Assembly: GCF_009914755.1 (NCBI RefSeq)
Contig: NC_060931.1
Source of the DNA: the human T2T-CHM13v2.0 reference genome, Homo sapiens
DNA length: 64,000 nt
Direction: 5' to 3' (one strand)
Made by a program: the position numbers and the translations under genes. The notes below the pieces were generated by a model. It was not told where the DNA came from. It did not search any database and saw only the letters and a program-made list of their open reading frames with translations. Positions within the stretch are counted from its first letter, which is position 1. Each line of letters starts with the position of its first letter. Below are positions 1-14,452 of this stretch, one piece after another.

Positions 1-842
1 TTTCCTTTTTTTTCTTTTTCCCTTTAAAACTGACTGCACATATCAGTGACTTTATTGCTATCATCCTTGAACCTGAAATTATAGTTAAGCTTGCATTCTT
101 TTAATGTTCTGAGAAATAACTGTCATTTTTTAGATAATTTCCTCAGAATATTTCACTGAAAAGAAAAGGTAGAATTACTTTATTTCTTACCATCACATGT
201 CGCTTTTTTTAAAGTAAGCTTTCCTTCCTCACTTTCCATACAGTACAACTAATCCTTCCTGTCACAGAACCATTCACTTGAAGGGATCTCCATATCATTC
301 TTAGGGAATAGGTCTTGGCATGCATCATTATTTTGGTTAAAGGAGAAACCAAGACTAGAGACATTTAGGGAAACCTTCAAGGTGCACAGATCCCTCTCAC
401 ACCCCTTCATCCTTAGCTCTTTCCTGGGCTGATGGAATGTATAGATTGAAAAAGCTTTCCCAATGACTGTTTTCAAAATATAGTCCATAAAAGATTTATT
501 TAGGTCATTTTATCTCATACAAGAGTAAATCAGTACCTGCAAATTTGTCATCTTCATTAGGATTTAGTGTGGTTGTGCCATTAGATAATTCAGCCTTATG
601 AAAAATCCATTTTTTCCCCTCTTCCTAGGTGGAGAAAGTCTTAGTCTTAAGAGAAAGATTTTTTAAAGGATTACGTGAAAGCAATATTACTTGTGGTCTA
701 CTAGTGTTGCTTAATTTTTTCAACTTGTAAAATGTCACCTTTGTTGGAGACAACAGTTGCTATCTTTATACAAAGTTAAATTAGCATAACATTTAAAAAT
801 ACTTTTTAGAAAAAAATTTTTGAAATGAAGATATGTTTTATA

Positions 843-1253
843 TGCATTGAGTATTCTTTAAAATGCTTGAGAGAAGTGTTTCAGATTTCAGATATTTTGA
901 ATTTTGTAATATTTGCATTATACTTACCTATTCAGCATCCTAATTTGAAATGTGAAATGCTCCAATGAGCATTTCCTTTGAGCATGATGTCAGTGCTTAA
1001 AAAGTTTCAGATTTTGACCTGGGCTTGTTGGTGTGCATCTGTAGTCCCAGCTACTCAGGAGGCTGATGCAGGAGAATTGCTTGAGCCCAGGAGTTTGAGG
1101 CTGTAGTGCATGACGATCGTGCCTGTAAATAGCCACTGCATTCCAGCCTGGGTAACATAATGAGACTCCATTTCTTAAACAGACAAACAAAAACGTTTCA
1201 GATTTTGGAGCATTTTGGATTGTAGATATCCAAAATGAGGGATAACTCAACCT
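843..1253 (-). mobile_element. MER46/Tigger4a-like DNA transposon relic, split by a FAM insertion
   Basis: aaatgctccaatgagcatttcctttgagcatgatgtcagtgct core and ...ggataactcaacct terminus. Confidence 0.7.
1016..1190 (+). mobile_element. FAM (fossil Alu monomer)
   Basis: Monomer with the FAM-type gcctgtaaatagccactgc segment; TSD aaaa(a/c)gtttcagatttt. Confidence 0.75.
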
Positions 1254-1312
1254 ATACTAACTAGCTTGCTGAAATTTTTTTTAAATTAAATTTTTTGCCT
1301 CTTATATTTCAG

Positions 1313-1489
1313 GTTGAACAGTTAGCAAATCATCTGAAAGAAAAAACAGACAAATGCAGTGAGCTTTTGCTCTCTAAAGAGCAGCTTCAAAGGGATATAC
1401 AAGAAAGGAATGAAGAAATAGAGAAACTGGAGTTCAGAGTAAGAGAACTGGAGCAGGCGCTTCTTGTGAGTGCAGATACTTTTCAAAAG
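1313..1489 (+). CDS. AKAP9: AKAP9 exon 27 (VEQLANHLKE...VSADTFQK)
   Basis: tttcag|GTT acceptor, AAG|gtgtgg donor, 177 nt, phase 0/0; alternative donor at 1465. Confidence 0.95.
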
Positions 1490-1657
1490 GTGTGGCATTT
1501 TATTTGGGCTAACTTAATAAGTGTTTTAATGAAGAATACTCTTAAATTGTCAACTTCTTGTAGGTATTATTACATATTATGTTTATATCTCTGTTGACAT
1601 TGTAACCATTTCTGTTTGTTCTTATTTCCAAATGTTGCTTGCATGTCTTAGTCCTGA

Positions 1658-2017
<360 letters not shown>

Positions 2018-2188
2018 AACTTTTTTATTATTCACTAATTAGAAGTAGACTTTCTACTTCTAATTGGAGAAACAGGATTGCTGCTTCTCAAAAAAAAAAA
2101 AAAAAAAAAGCAGACCAAAAAACAAAAAAAAATTGGATAATCAGGATTTAATTTATCAAATTTTGAGAAAATTTTTATATATTTAAAG

Positions 2189-2293
2189 GTAGAGGACCGA
2201 AAACACTTTGGAGCTGTAGAAGCTAAACCAGAATTGTCCCTAGAAGTACAATTGCAGGCTGAACGAGATGCCATAGACAGAAAGGAAAAAGAG
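2189..2293 (+). CDS. AKAP9: AKAP9 exon 28 (VEDRKHFG...DRKEKE)
   Basis: taaag|GTA, GAG|gtaagg, 105 nt, phase 0/0. Confidence 0.95.
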
Positions 2294-4074
2294 GTAAGGA
2301 GTTTATTTTTAAATGACACAGCGTGGTTTGAATTATTTTAAATCAGTTACCTTGAAAATATTATTTGAACTGAATGTAGTTTATGATCTAAAACCAAAGT
2401 TGAGGCTGTTTCTCAGCTCAATGCCAAAATTGACCTTGAAGGCAGTAAACATATGAGTAATTAAGCTGACGGGAAAGAAGAGTGCTCCAGATAGAGAGAA
2501 GAGCCAGTGTAAAGGCCTTGAAGCAGGACGAAGTTCGGAGGAACAGGAAGAAGGCCAGTTTAGCAGGAGTGTAGAGGGTGGAGAGATATAGTAGTGTTAG
2601 GACAAAAGGCAATATATCCCTTTTCTCCTAACCGTAGAATACATATTGAATTATTGCTGCTTTGCTGTGTGGTTTTTTTTTTTTTTATTGTATTGCCCTG
2701 GGAGATTATAGTCCTGTTTTACAATATACAGAATATGTTCTTAAAACAAAAAGATTAATAGTAAATTGCTTTAATAGTAAAGCAATTAAGCAATTATATA
2801 AAGTTCTCCTTTGTTTCTCTGCCCCTTCTTCCAAAAAACTAAAAATCTACTTTCAGAACAATGGTCACCTCAACTTCCTAATTTATAACTTATTTAAGCC
2901 TTTGTCTACTAATAGTTTTTAAAAAACATATCCTACTCTATCTACATTGTCTAGCTATATCTTATCATTTAAAATGTTTAAAATTTTTAAAATTACATTT
3001 TTGTCTCTAATATTCTGAGAAGACTTACTATATTTTAACAAATAGTTATGAACTTAAGCTGCTTTGAAAAATATAAGAATGATTTAGATATCAGCTAAAA
3101 CTATAGTTCAGAAAACCTGTAGATTAGAGGAGAAAAAAGGCATCTATGTAAGTGACTGTAGTTGAAATCATTTCCATGAGAAGGATTATTTTCTCACTAT
3201 CACATAATACTGAGTAATGTTTACCTGAGAGGCTCTTATTTATTTTGACTTTTGATTTTTTTTATTGGAGGTGGGGAGCATTTTTGTTTATATGTAACTA
3301 TTTCTGTGTTTCAAAGAGCTAACATTTAAAGATTTCCCTTAAACTGAGTAAAGTAATTTATATGTTGCCTAAAAAGACAGACCTTCTCAACTGGACCCAA
3401 AGCAATGATAGTTGACTGTGGATAATTGATTAACCTTACTGATTTTATATTTTTATTATCTTCTGAATATAATATAGCACTGCTATCTTGAATTAAGTAT
3501 CTAATAACTGTCTACCTTTTACTCAGAATCATAGTTGTTCAAAACTATGAGAAACTTTAGAGGGCATCTGTCAACTGACTGATGTTTTTTATAGATAAGG
3601 AGAGAAACGGTAAATGAGTAAGAGGTTAAACTGACAGCTGACCCTAATAACAGTAACAAGTACTTTATCAAAACCCATTCACCTACCATAACTGGAGACT
3701 GAGAGGCAGGAACATAGAATTAAAATGTATTTTATTGAAAATAACTTCTTAAGCATTTTTTCCCCAGAAACTAGGCAAATGCTTTCAGATATCTGATGGA
3801 GTATAAATATAAGATGTCCCTATGTATCATGGTATTTTAGATACTTTTCTCTCAGAGCCTAAATTTGTATAAAACATTTTTTAAGCTTATTAGAAATTTA
3901 GAAATGCAGGATGAATAAAAAGAGAACTCTAAAAGAAAGGAGTTTTAGAATTATAGGAGGAGGTAGAAAATGGGGAAAGGAATAGAAGGATTTTAGAAAA
4001 AGATACGTTCCATAGGTTTTAGCTCTCTGTAGAGCTAATGAGATCTAGCTTAGAGTTAGCAATAATAAATAATA

Positions 4075-4310
4075 ATAGTTTTGTTGAGGCCTATCTAATT
4101 AGACAGTACTAAGTATTTAAATGCCCTTTTACCGTTAACACTTTCTTCCCGAGGACAGACTCTGTTATCCCCATTTTACAGATGTGTAAACTGAGCCTTA
4201 AGGGAAGTTAAATAACTTGATCATGGTCACACCTTAAGTGGTTGAAAAGGAGTTCCTCTCAGATTTCTGTGAGTCTGAAGCCCTTGTGATACTATACTGC
4301 CAAAGCATTG
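4075..4310. mobile_element. MIR relic
   Basis: MIR core ttatccccattttacagatgtgtaaactgag. Confidence 0.6.
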
Positions 4311-4498
4311 GGGCCCATTTTGTCTTGTTGGTGAGAAGTGTTAAAGACTGCCATTCAACATTTAGTGAGCTCTTAATGCACCTGTAGCACCAGTACCCAA
4401 ATGTAAAACTAGCGGTGGACGTCAAGGAATCTACTGTGTAATTAAGGAGACATATGTACATTTGAAAGAGATAAAAACACTTTTTAAAAAAGGAAACA

Positions 4499-4864
<366 letters not shown>

Positions 4865-5081
4865 TTAAAACAAATATTTACCAGCCTTTGTTTTTAAATC
4901 TTAATAATGTTCTTCTGGTTGTAGGTGGTTACAGGCTCAATAAGAAGAGAGCCTAGTACTAAACTAGAGCCTGACTGAATAAGAGGAAAGAATGTCCCAT
5001 AGTGTCATTTGGGGGAATTGAAGTGTCTGATATGATGCCTGAACTTCAGCTACTTAGAATAGGAAAGTTAGTGCTTTAGAC

Positions 5082-6486
5082 CAGTGCATTTCAAACTTTA
5101 ATGCACATGCAAATCACCCAGGGATCTTGTTAAAACACAAGTCTTACACAAAAATTAACTCAAGATGGATTAAAGACTAAGACCTAAAACCATAAAAACC
5201 CTAGAAGAAAACCTAGGCAATACCATTCAGGACATAGGCATGGGCAAGGACTTCATGTCTAAAACACCAAAAGCAATGGCAACAAAAGCCAAAATTGACA
5301 AATGGCATCTAATTAAATGAAAGAGCTTCTGCACAGCAAAAGAAACTATCATCAGAATGAGCAGGCAACCTACAGAATGGGAGAAAATTTTTGCAATCTA
5401 TCCATCTGACAAAGGGCTAATATCCAGAATCTACAAAGAACTTAAACAAATTTACAAGAAAAAACAACCCCATCAAAAAGTGGGCAAAGGATACGAACAG
5501 ACACTTCTCAAAAGAAGACATTTATATGGCCAAAAAACATACGAAGAAAAGCTCATCATCACTGGTCATCAGAGAAGTGCAAACCAAAACCACAATGAGA
5601 TACCATCTCATGCCAGTTAGAAAGGTAATCATTAAAGAGGAAACAACAGATGCTGGAGAGGATGTGGAGAAATAGGAACACCTTTACACTGTTGATGGGA
5701 GTGTAAATTAGTTCAACCATTATGGAAGACAGTGTGGCGATTCCTCAAGGATCTAGAACCAGAAATACCTTTTGACCCAGCAATCCCATTACTGGGTATA
5801 TACCCAAAGGATTATAAATCATTCTACTATAAAGATACATGCACACATAGGTTTATTGCAGCACTATTCACAATAGCAAAGACTTGGAACCAACCCAAAT
5901 GTCCATTAATGATAAACTGGATAAAGAAAATGTGGCACATATACACCATGGAATACTATGAAGCCACAAAAAAGGATGAGTTCATGTCCTTTGCAGGGAC
6001 ACGGATGAAGCTGGAAACCATCATTCTCAGCAAACTATCACAAGGATAGAAAACCAAACACCACATGTTCTCACTCATAAGTGGAAGCTGAACAATGAGA
6101 ACACATGGACACAGGGAGGGAAACATCACAAACCAGGGCCTTTTAGGGGGTGAGGGGTACAGGAGGGATAGCATTGGGAGAAACACCTAATGTAGATGAC
6201 GGATTGATGGGTGCAGCAAACTACAATGGCACGTGTGTACCTGTGTAATAAACCTATGCATTCTGCACATGTATCCCAGAAAAGTATAATTTTTTAAAAA
6301 AGATTAAAAAGGAATATATAATAGAGTTCATTTCCTATCTGATTACTGTAAAACAATAAAATGAGTCAAAAATTAAAAAAAAAAATAAAACACAAGTGTG
6401 GGGTGTGACATGGCATTTTGCACACCCAGCATGCTCCCACATGATGCCAACTCTACTGCTCTCGAGACCACACTGAATAGCAAGGC
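5082..6486. mobile_element. MER5-like hAT relic interrupted by the L1 insertion
   Basis: cagtgcatttcaaactttaatgcacatgcaaatcacc on the left resumes as ...gaccacactgaatagcaagg on the right. Confidence 0.55.
5143..6385 (+). mobile_element. 5'-truncated L1PA (about PA6-8): ORF2 3' end, 3'UTR and an extra 3' segment
   Basis: ORF2 C-terminal peptides (WRFLKDLEPEIPFDPAIPLLGIYP), L1 3'UTR, 12-bp TSD taaaacacaagt at 5131-5142 and 6386-6397. Confidence 0.92.
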
Positions 6487-6824
6487 TTCATGTCACAAAG
6501 TTAAGAAATTGATCATAAACTGTTGTATAAAAAAAGGAAATTTCGTATGAGATAGGGCAGCAATTTGAACTTAAATAACTATTTATGTGTTGATTTTAAA
6601 ATAATACCTTGTCATCAAAGTAGTTACAGAAATGTAGGGATAGTTGTAAATACTATGTTAAATCACTTTGAAGAAGATATAATCATTGCAGTTTTCAGCA
6701 ACCTGGTAATTATTTATGTTCAGTCATTAAATGTATTTCAGTGTCTACTGAGTTTAATAACCAGTGTTACAGAAAAAATTTTAAGTGTAAGTCTTAGACA
6801 TTAGTTATTAGAAGCAGGATAAGT

Positions 6825-7040
6825 GATAGTTTAGAGTGGAAGATTCAGAGATAAACTCCTCAGGTTCAAAAGCTGGCTTCTCCACATACTCGCCATGTGG
6901 CCTGAAAGCAAATTACTCCTCTCTGTGACGTCCATCCTCATCTCTAAAATGGGGATACTCAGAACAGATCTTATAAAGTTGTAACAGGGTTTTAAGAAAT
7001 AATACATATAAAGCACTTTGTGCAGTGCTTAGCGGTAAAC
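6825..7040. mobile_element. MIR relic
   Basis: cctcatctctaaaatgggga core and aaagcactt...agtgct tail. Confidence 0.6.
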
Positions 7041-8139
7041 TGTTACAAGTGATGGCTGTTACTACTAGTATTGATACTGTTTAGGAAATACTAAGCTAAC
7101 TGGTTTTTAAGGATTTGCCAGTGTTCAGATATGGTTCTCAGTATGTGATGTGTTAGTGTGTAATCAGCGATTCCCTCTTTCAGTTTCTAAGGCAGTAAAT
7201 GATTCATAAGCTGCTTTCTGAGCCACTTGTCACTAAGTGTTGCTGAGGATAGGCTCTGTTGCCTTAGATAACAGAGATGCTCCTGCATCTTAGTTTGCTT
7301 TTTGATCAGCAGTTTTGATCATGAGGTAAATACACATTTGGAAATCATTCATTCACTTTGTATTAAGTAGCAACAAACCAGTGAGCTAAATGAATGTTAC
7401 TGTCCTCAGTCAAAACCAATTTTCAAATATAAAAATAATTCTTAATATTCATCATTCGTTTCAGTCTCTAACCATCAAAAAGCAGTTGCTTTACCATTAT
7501 TCATAATCCATCCTCAAAATGATTAAATAAATTTCTGTTGTCCTACCTATAGGAGCTCTCTAATTTTCTCCTGAATTGTATAATTCACTTACTCTAAGGT
7601 TTTTGTAATTCAGACCTAAGGATCTCTTGGTCTTAGTTTCTATCTTGGCTTCCTTCTGCTTAACAAACCACATGGCAGCCAGGCCTTTTAGTAAGTTAAT
7701 TAGATATTTTTGGACTAAATTGAGTTAGTCTTATATGGTGGCTAACAAAACAAACAGTTCTACAACTTTTCTAGGCCTTTTGATAGCAACTTAATGTAAC
7801 ATAAACTAAGATTTAATATGTGGACTCTTTCCCTTCCTCCTATGACTCTTTTCTGCTTCAGGAGAAGAGACTAAGGTAGGAAATGGCTCCTTTTATCCTT
7901 CCTCAGGAGGTTTCCTCTCTGCTTTGTGTAGGATAGTTTAAGGATGGCCAGTTTGAGCATGTCTAGGAACCACACAGGTAACACAGATTATACCTGGCTT
8001 AGAAAAACCACATTCCTTTATTCTTATGACTCATGTTTTAAGCATGCATACTTTGTAAAGCTAATATAGCACTCTTCATTTTATCTTGATAAACGTTTGT
8101 ATAAACATTTTTTCTCTTTTGATAATTTTGTTATTAAAG

Positions 8140-8292
8140 ATTACAAACTTAGAAGAGCAATTAGAACAGTTTAGAGAAGAACTGGAAAATAAGAATGAAG
8201 AAGTTCAACAATTACATATGCAATTAGAAATACAGAAAAAGGAATCTACTACCCGCCTACAAGAACTTGAACAGGAAAACAAATTATTTAAG
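8140..8292 (+). CDS. AKAP9: AKAP9 exon 29 (ITNLEEQL...NKLFK)
   Basis: taaag|ATT, AAG|gtaatt, 153 nt, phase 0/0. Confidence 0.95.
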
Positions 8293-8327
8293 GTAATTAG
8301 TTAAGAAAAACTTTTATCTGTAAATAA

Positions 8328-8675
<348 letters not shown>

Positions 8676-8980
8676 CCTATATTGCTTTATTAAGCATTCG
8701 ATAAATCCAGCTGTTAAATAATACTCAACAGAGGAACATTAACAGGCAGACACATTTGCATACAGCTTATTTTCAGCCCAACCTGAACATTTGAATTCAT
8801 CATAAATGAAAATTTTGGGATCATTTATCAAAATATTTTAGAATTATTGATTTACAGTAACCATATGGTGTCTCTGATTTTATTCATTTGTACGTTATAG
8901 GCTCTGATTTCTTTTGTAATTATGTTCTGAAAATGATAGGTAATGATATATCCAACTGTGATAATTATTTTTGTTCCTAG

Positions 8981-9160
8981 GATGACATGGAGAAACTGGG
9001 ACTTGCCATAAAGGAATCTGATGCCATGTCTACTCAAGACCAACATGTGCTATTTGGGAAATTTGCTCAAATAATACAGGAAAAAGAGGTAGAAATTGAC
9101 CAATTAAATGAACAAGTTACGAAACTCCAGCAGCAACTTAAAATTACAACAGATAACAAG
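8981..9160 (+). CDS. AKAP9: AKAP9 exon 30 (DDMEKLG...ITTDNK)
   Basis: cctag|GAT, AAG|gtatac, 180 nt, phase 0/0. Confidence 0.95.
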
Positions 9161-9228
9161 GTATACTCATTTAAAATTGATTATGAAATTAATATGAACC
9201 AGAGTTTTAAAGGGCAAAATGGTTATAA

Positions 9229-9610
<382 letters not shown>

Positions 9611-9624
9611 TAAGACACATTGGT

Positions 9625-9879
9625 GGCCAGGCACAGAGGCTCACACCTGTAATCCTTATACTTTAGGAAGCCTAGGTGGGCGGATTGCTTGGGCCCAGGA
9701 GTTCAAGACCAGCCTGGGCAACATGGTGAAACTTTGTCTCTACAAAAAATATAAAAATTAACTGGACATGGTGGCATACCACCTGTAGTCCCAGCTGCAG
9801 TGAGCCTCATCATGCCACTGCACTCCAGCTTGGGTGACAGAGTGAGACCCTGTCTCAAAAAGAAAAAAAAAAAAAAGCA
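9625..9879 (+). mobile_element. AluJ-like with internal right-arm deletion
   Basis: TSD aagacacattggt at 9612-9624 and 9880-9892. Confidence 0.85.
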
Positions 9880-10363
9880 AAGACACATTGGTTTAATAAT
9901 TTATATGTATTTTTCTCCCCTCCTAATATTGTCATAGGATTCTAATGTTTTTCAGAAAGGCTCTGTGACTTAGATTTTATCATGTTATTCTAACCAAATC
10001 TATTATAAATTATAATATTTAATATGAGTTAAGTAAGGTAATTACCTTTGGTGCCATCGGTTGTAGACTTTATTTCCGTACTTCATCCTTTTCCATTAAG
10101 AAGTATTGATATTGACTATTTTCCTAATAGGGAATCAGCAACTAAAAGCTTATATTACTTTATACTTAACAGAACTTTCTGAGCCTTGTTTGATATGATG
10201 GGGGAGATATTGGTCTATAATGAAATTAAGTAGTATGTCTGAGAAGTAGTGTATTATTTTTGTGTGTGATCATCTCTTTGAGGTACTGCCCTAAAATAAA
10301 GTAAAATTTTCAAAATGTAAATACATATATATTATGTATGTTACCTTTTTCATTAATTATTAG

Positions 10364-11437
10364 GTTATTGAAGAAAAAAATGAACTGATAAGGGATCTTG
10401 AAACCCAAATAGAATGTTTGATGAGTGATCAAGAATGTGTGAAGAGAAATAGAGAAGAAGAAATAGAGCAGCTCAATGAAGTGATTGAAAAACTTCAACA
10501 GGAATTGGCAAATATTGGACAGAAGACATCAATGAATGCTCATTCCCTCTCAGAAGAAGCAGACAGTTTAAAACATCAATTGGATGTGGTTATAGCTGAA
10601 AAGCTGGCCTTGGAACAGCAAGTAGAAACCGCTAATGAAGAAATGACCTTCATGAAAAATGTACTTAAAGAAACCAATTTTAAAATGAATCAGCTAACAC
10701 AGGAATTATTCAGCTTAAAGAGAGAACGTGAAAGTGTGGAAAAGATTCAAAGCATACCAGAGAATAGTGTTAACGTGGCTATAGATCATCTGAGCAAAGA
10801 CAAACCTGAACTAGAAGTAGTCCTTACAGAGGATGCTCTTAAATCCCTAGAAAATCAGACATACTTCAGATCTTTTGAAGAAAATGGCAAAGGTTCCATA
10901 ATTAATTTGGAAACAAGGTTGCTACAACTTGAGAGCACTGTTAGTGCAAAGGACTTAGAACTTACCCAGTGTTATAAACAAATAAAAGACATGCAAGAAC
11001 AAGGCCAGTTTGAAACAGAAATGCTTCAAAAGAAGATTGTAAACCTACAGAAAATAGTTGAAGAAAAAGTGGCTGCTGCTCTTGTCAGTCAAATCCAACT
11101 TGAGGCAGTTCAGGAATATGCAAAATTCTGTCAAGATAATCAAACAATTTCATCAGAACCTGAAAGAACAAATATTCAGAATTTAAATCAACTAAGAGAA
11201 GATGAGTTGGGGTCAGATATATCAGCATTAACCTTGAGAATATCAGAATTAGAAAGCCAGGTTGTTGAAATGCATACTAGTTTGATTTTAGAAAAAGAAC
11301 AAGTAGAAATTGCAGAAAAAAATGTTTTAGAAAAAGAAAAGAAGCTGCTAGAACTACAGAAGCTATTGGAGGGCAATGAGAAAAAACAGAGAGAGAAAGA
11401 AAAGAAAAGAAGCCCTCAAGATGTTGAAGTTCTCAAG
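10364..11437 (+). CDS. AKAP9: AKAP9 exon 31, large coiled-coil exon (VIEEKNEL...DVEVLK)
   Basis: attag|GTT, AAG|gttagt, 1074 nt open, phase 0/0; matches ORF 10418..11458. Confidence 0.97.
11036..11095 (+). other. AKAP9: Segment encoding the second PKA-RII-binding amphipathic helix (IVNLQKIVEEKVAAALVSQI)
   Basis: Counting back from the stop places it at about residues 2540-2559, where I recall the AKAP450 RII-binding site; amphipathic pattern. Confidence 0.7.
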
Positions 11438-11584
11438 GTTAGTTTTGTATTTTATTAGTTTCATTTAAATACCCCAAGAAACTAAGCTGATTGCTAATTT
11501 ACTAAATATGGTGTTCTGTTTACATCTAACAATTTATACAAGAAGGTTTTTATAAAAATATACCACTTATAAAAAATAAACTCT

Positions 11585-12262
<678 letters not shown>

Positions 12263-12591
12263 CTGTGTAGTCATATTATTATCACTAAAATAATGGATAC
12301 AGCCTGTATTTTATGGTCTTTAAATATGATATTTATTTCATTAACATCATCATTAAATGGAGCAGTCAGAAGAAACTAAGAAACATTAATTTTAGCAAAT
12401 GTTCTCTAGGATTTATGGGGATTTTTTTCTTAATTTGCTTCTAATATGCATGTTATGTTATCATTCCTTTTAAGTAATAATAAGTATGAAAATATGTTAG
12501 GATTGACAAAGAATGCAGACTTTACAGAAAGAAATCTATTATTTAATAGCATCTACTGAATTAATTAATGTGTGGGTGACATATTTTACAA

Positions 12592-12757
12592 TTTTTTTTT
12601 TTTCTTGAGACAGAGTCTCGCTCTGTCGCCCAGGCTGGAGTTCAGTGGTGTGATCTCAGCTCACTGCAGCCTCCACCTCCTGGGTTTCCAGCAATTCTCC
12701 TGCCTCGGCCTCCCAGGCGGCTGGGATTACAGACACGCACCACCACACCCGGCTAAT

Positions 12758-12789
<32 letters not shown>

Positions 12790-12913
12790 TTTTAGTAGAG
12801 ACGAGGTTTCTCCATGTTAGCCAAGCTGGTCTCAAACTCCTGACCTCAAGTGATCCGCCTGCCTTGGCCTCCCAAAGTGCTAGGATTACAGGTGTTAGCC
12901 ACTGCGCCTGGCC
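12592..12913 (-). mobile_element. AluS with (TA)n in the linker
   Basis: Full dimer, reverse orientation. Confidence 0.88.
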
Positions 12914-13252
12914 AGCTTTTACAAATTTTATACCTGATAATAGATTTCATCTGTTTTAAGTAAAAATGCGTAGTTGACCTCTGTAAGTTTACTTATGAGA
13001 AGATCTGAAATCGCAGTTATTTCTTAGCATATGACAGATAGGACAAGAGCTTTTTTTTCCTCCAAATTCTCACCTTATAAATTTATAACTTTGAGTAGCT
13101 GAACTTCAGTCTTCTCCAAACACCAGAAGATTAACTGATAAATCACAATTCTATAATTATATATTTTGCAAAGAATAATAATTCCCTGGCTTTTTCCTCC
13201 TTCATTGGAACTAAGTTACTTAAGTTATAGATAATTAAAATAGTAATATAAC

Positions 13253-13530
<278 letters not shown>

Positions 13531-13804
13531 TAACTTTCCATTTTAGGATGTATATGAATAACATTACTTACCTTTTATTCCCAGAAAATCATTCTTTTCT
13601 CAAGAAGAAAATCATTGTCTCAAGAATATAAGATGATGGTTCTGAAAAAGCTTCTCTGTTTTTGGAAAGAGCATTGATTTGTTCCAACTCCTTATATCTG
13701 TAGGCAGTCATTCCTTGGATGGTTTTATTAGAATGTATAAGAGCCTTGAATTTAGCTATATTTTTTTTAAATTATGTGTTTCTTGTGTTTCCGCTGTCAT
13801 TCAG

Positions 13805-13945
13805 ACAACTACTGAGCTATTTCATAGCAATGAAGAAAGTGGATTTTTTAATGAACTCGAGGCTCTTAGAGCTGAATCAGTGGCTACCAAAGCAGAACTT
13901 GCCAGTTATAAAGAAAAGGCTGAAAAACTTCAAGAAGAGCTTTTG
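13805..13945 (+). CDS. AKAP9: AKAP9 exon 32 (TTTELFHS...QEELL)
   Basis: ttcag|ACA, TTG|gtaaga, 141 nt, phase 0/0. Confidence 0.95.
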
Positions 13946-14452
13946 GTAAGATAAGTAACATAGCTCCTAATTCACTCATTTCTACCTATCTTAATTACGT
14001 TTCAAAGTATATACTCTTTTATAACAAATGAGCTCCATAACTTAAAAGCTAGATAAAAAGTATTTTGTGGATTTGATGAAAACTTTCATTGTTATAAATT
14101 TCTTTACCAACATCTTCTTGCTTGGTTTTCCTGGAAATCTTTCTTAGGAGGATACTTTTTATTTCCATTCTGTTAATGAAGGAGTAGAAAGTTGTTAAAG
14201 AGAACTGTATATCCCATGAGAACCAAAAATAGAAGCTAATAAAATTATTTCATTTCTATAGTAATCTATGACCATACGTACATACAAATATATATATGTA
14301 AACTGTGAGCGTTTCTGAAATGTTTTTCCTACTACTCTGAGGAAAATGAACGTATAATCATGAATTACATTCCTCCCACACCCTTTAAATTCTACATTTA
14401 ATATGGGAAGATTTTAACTGAATGCCCTACTGTTCTATTCATTACGTTTTAG

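Noticed and set aside
605-680. Strong-looking acceptor (tttttcccctcttcctag|GT at 628)
   Set aside because: No convincing frame-preserving donor nearby; treated as a decoy site.
5357-6049. ORFs resembling a reverse-transcriptase C-terminus
   Set aside because: Broken ORF2 remnant of a 5'-truncated L1; not independently coding.
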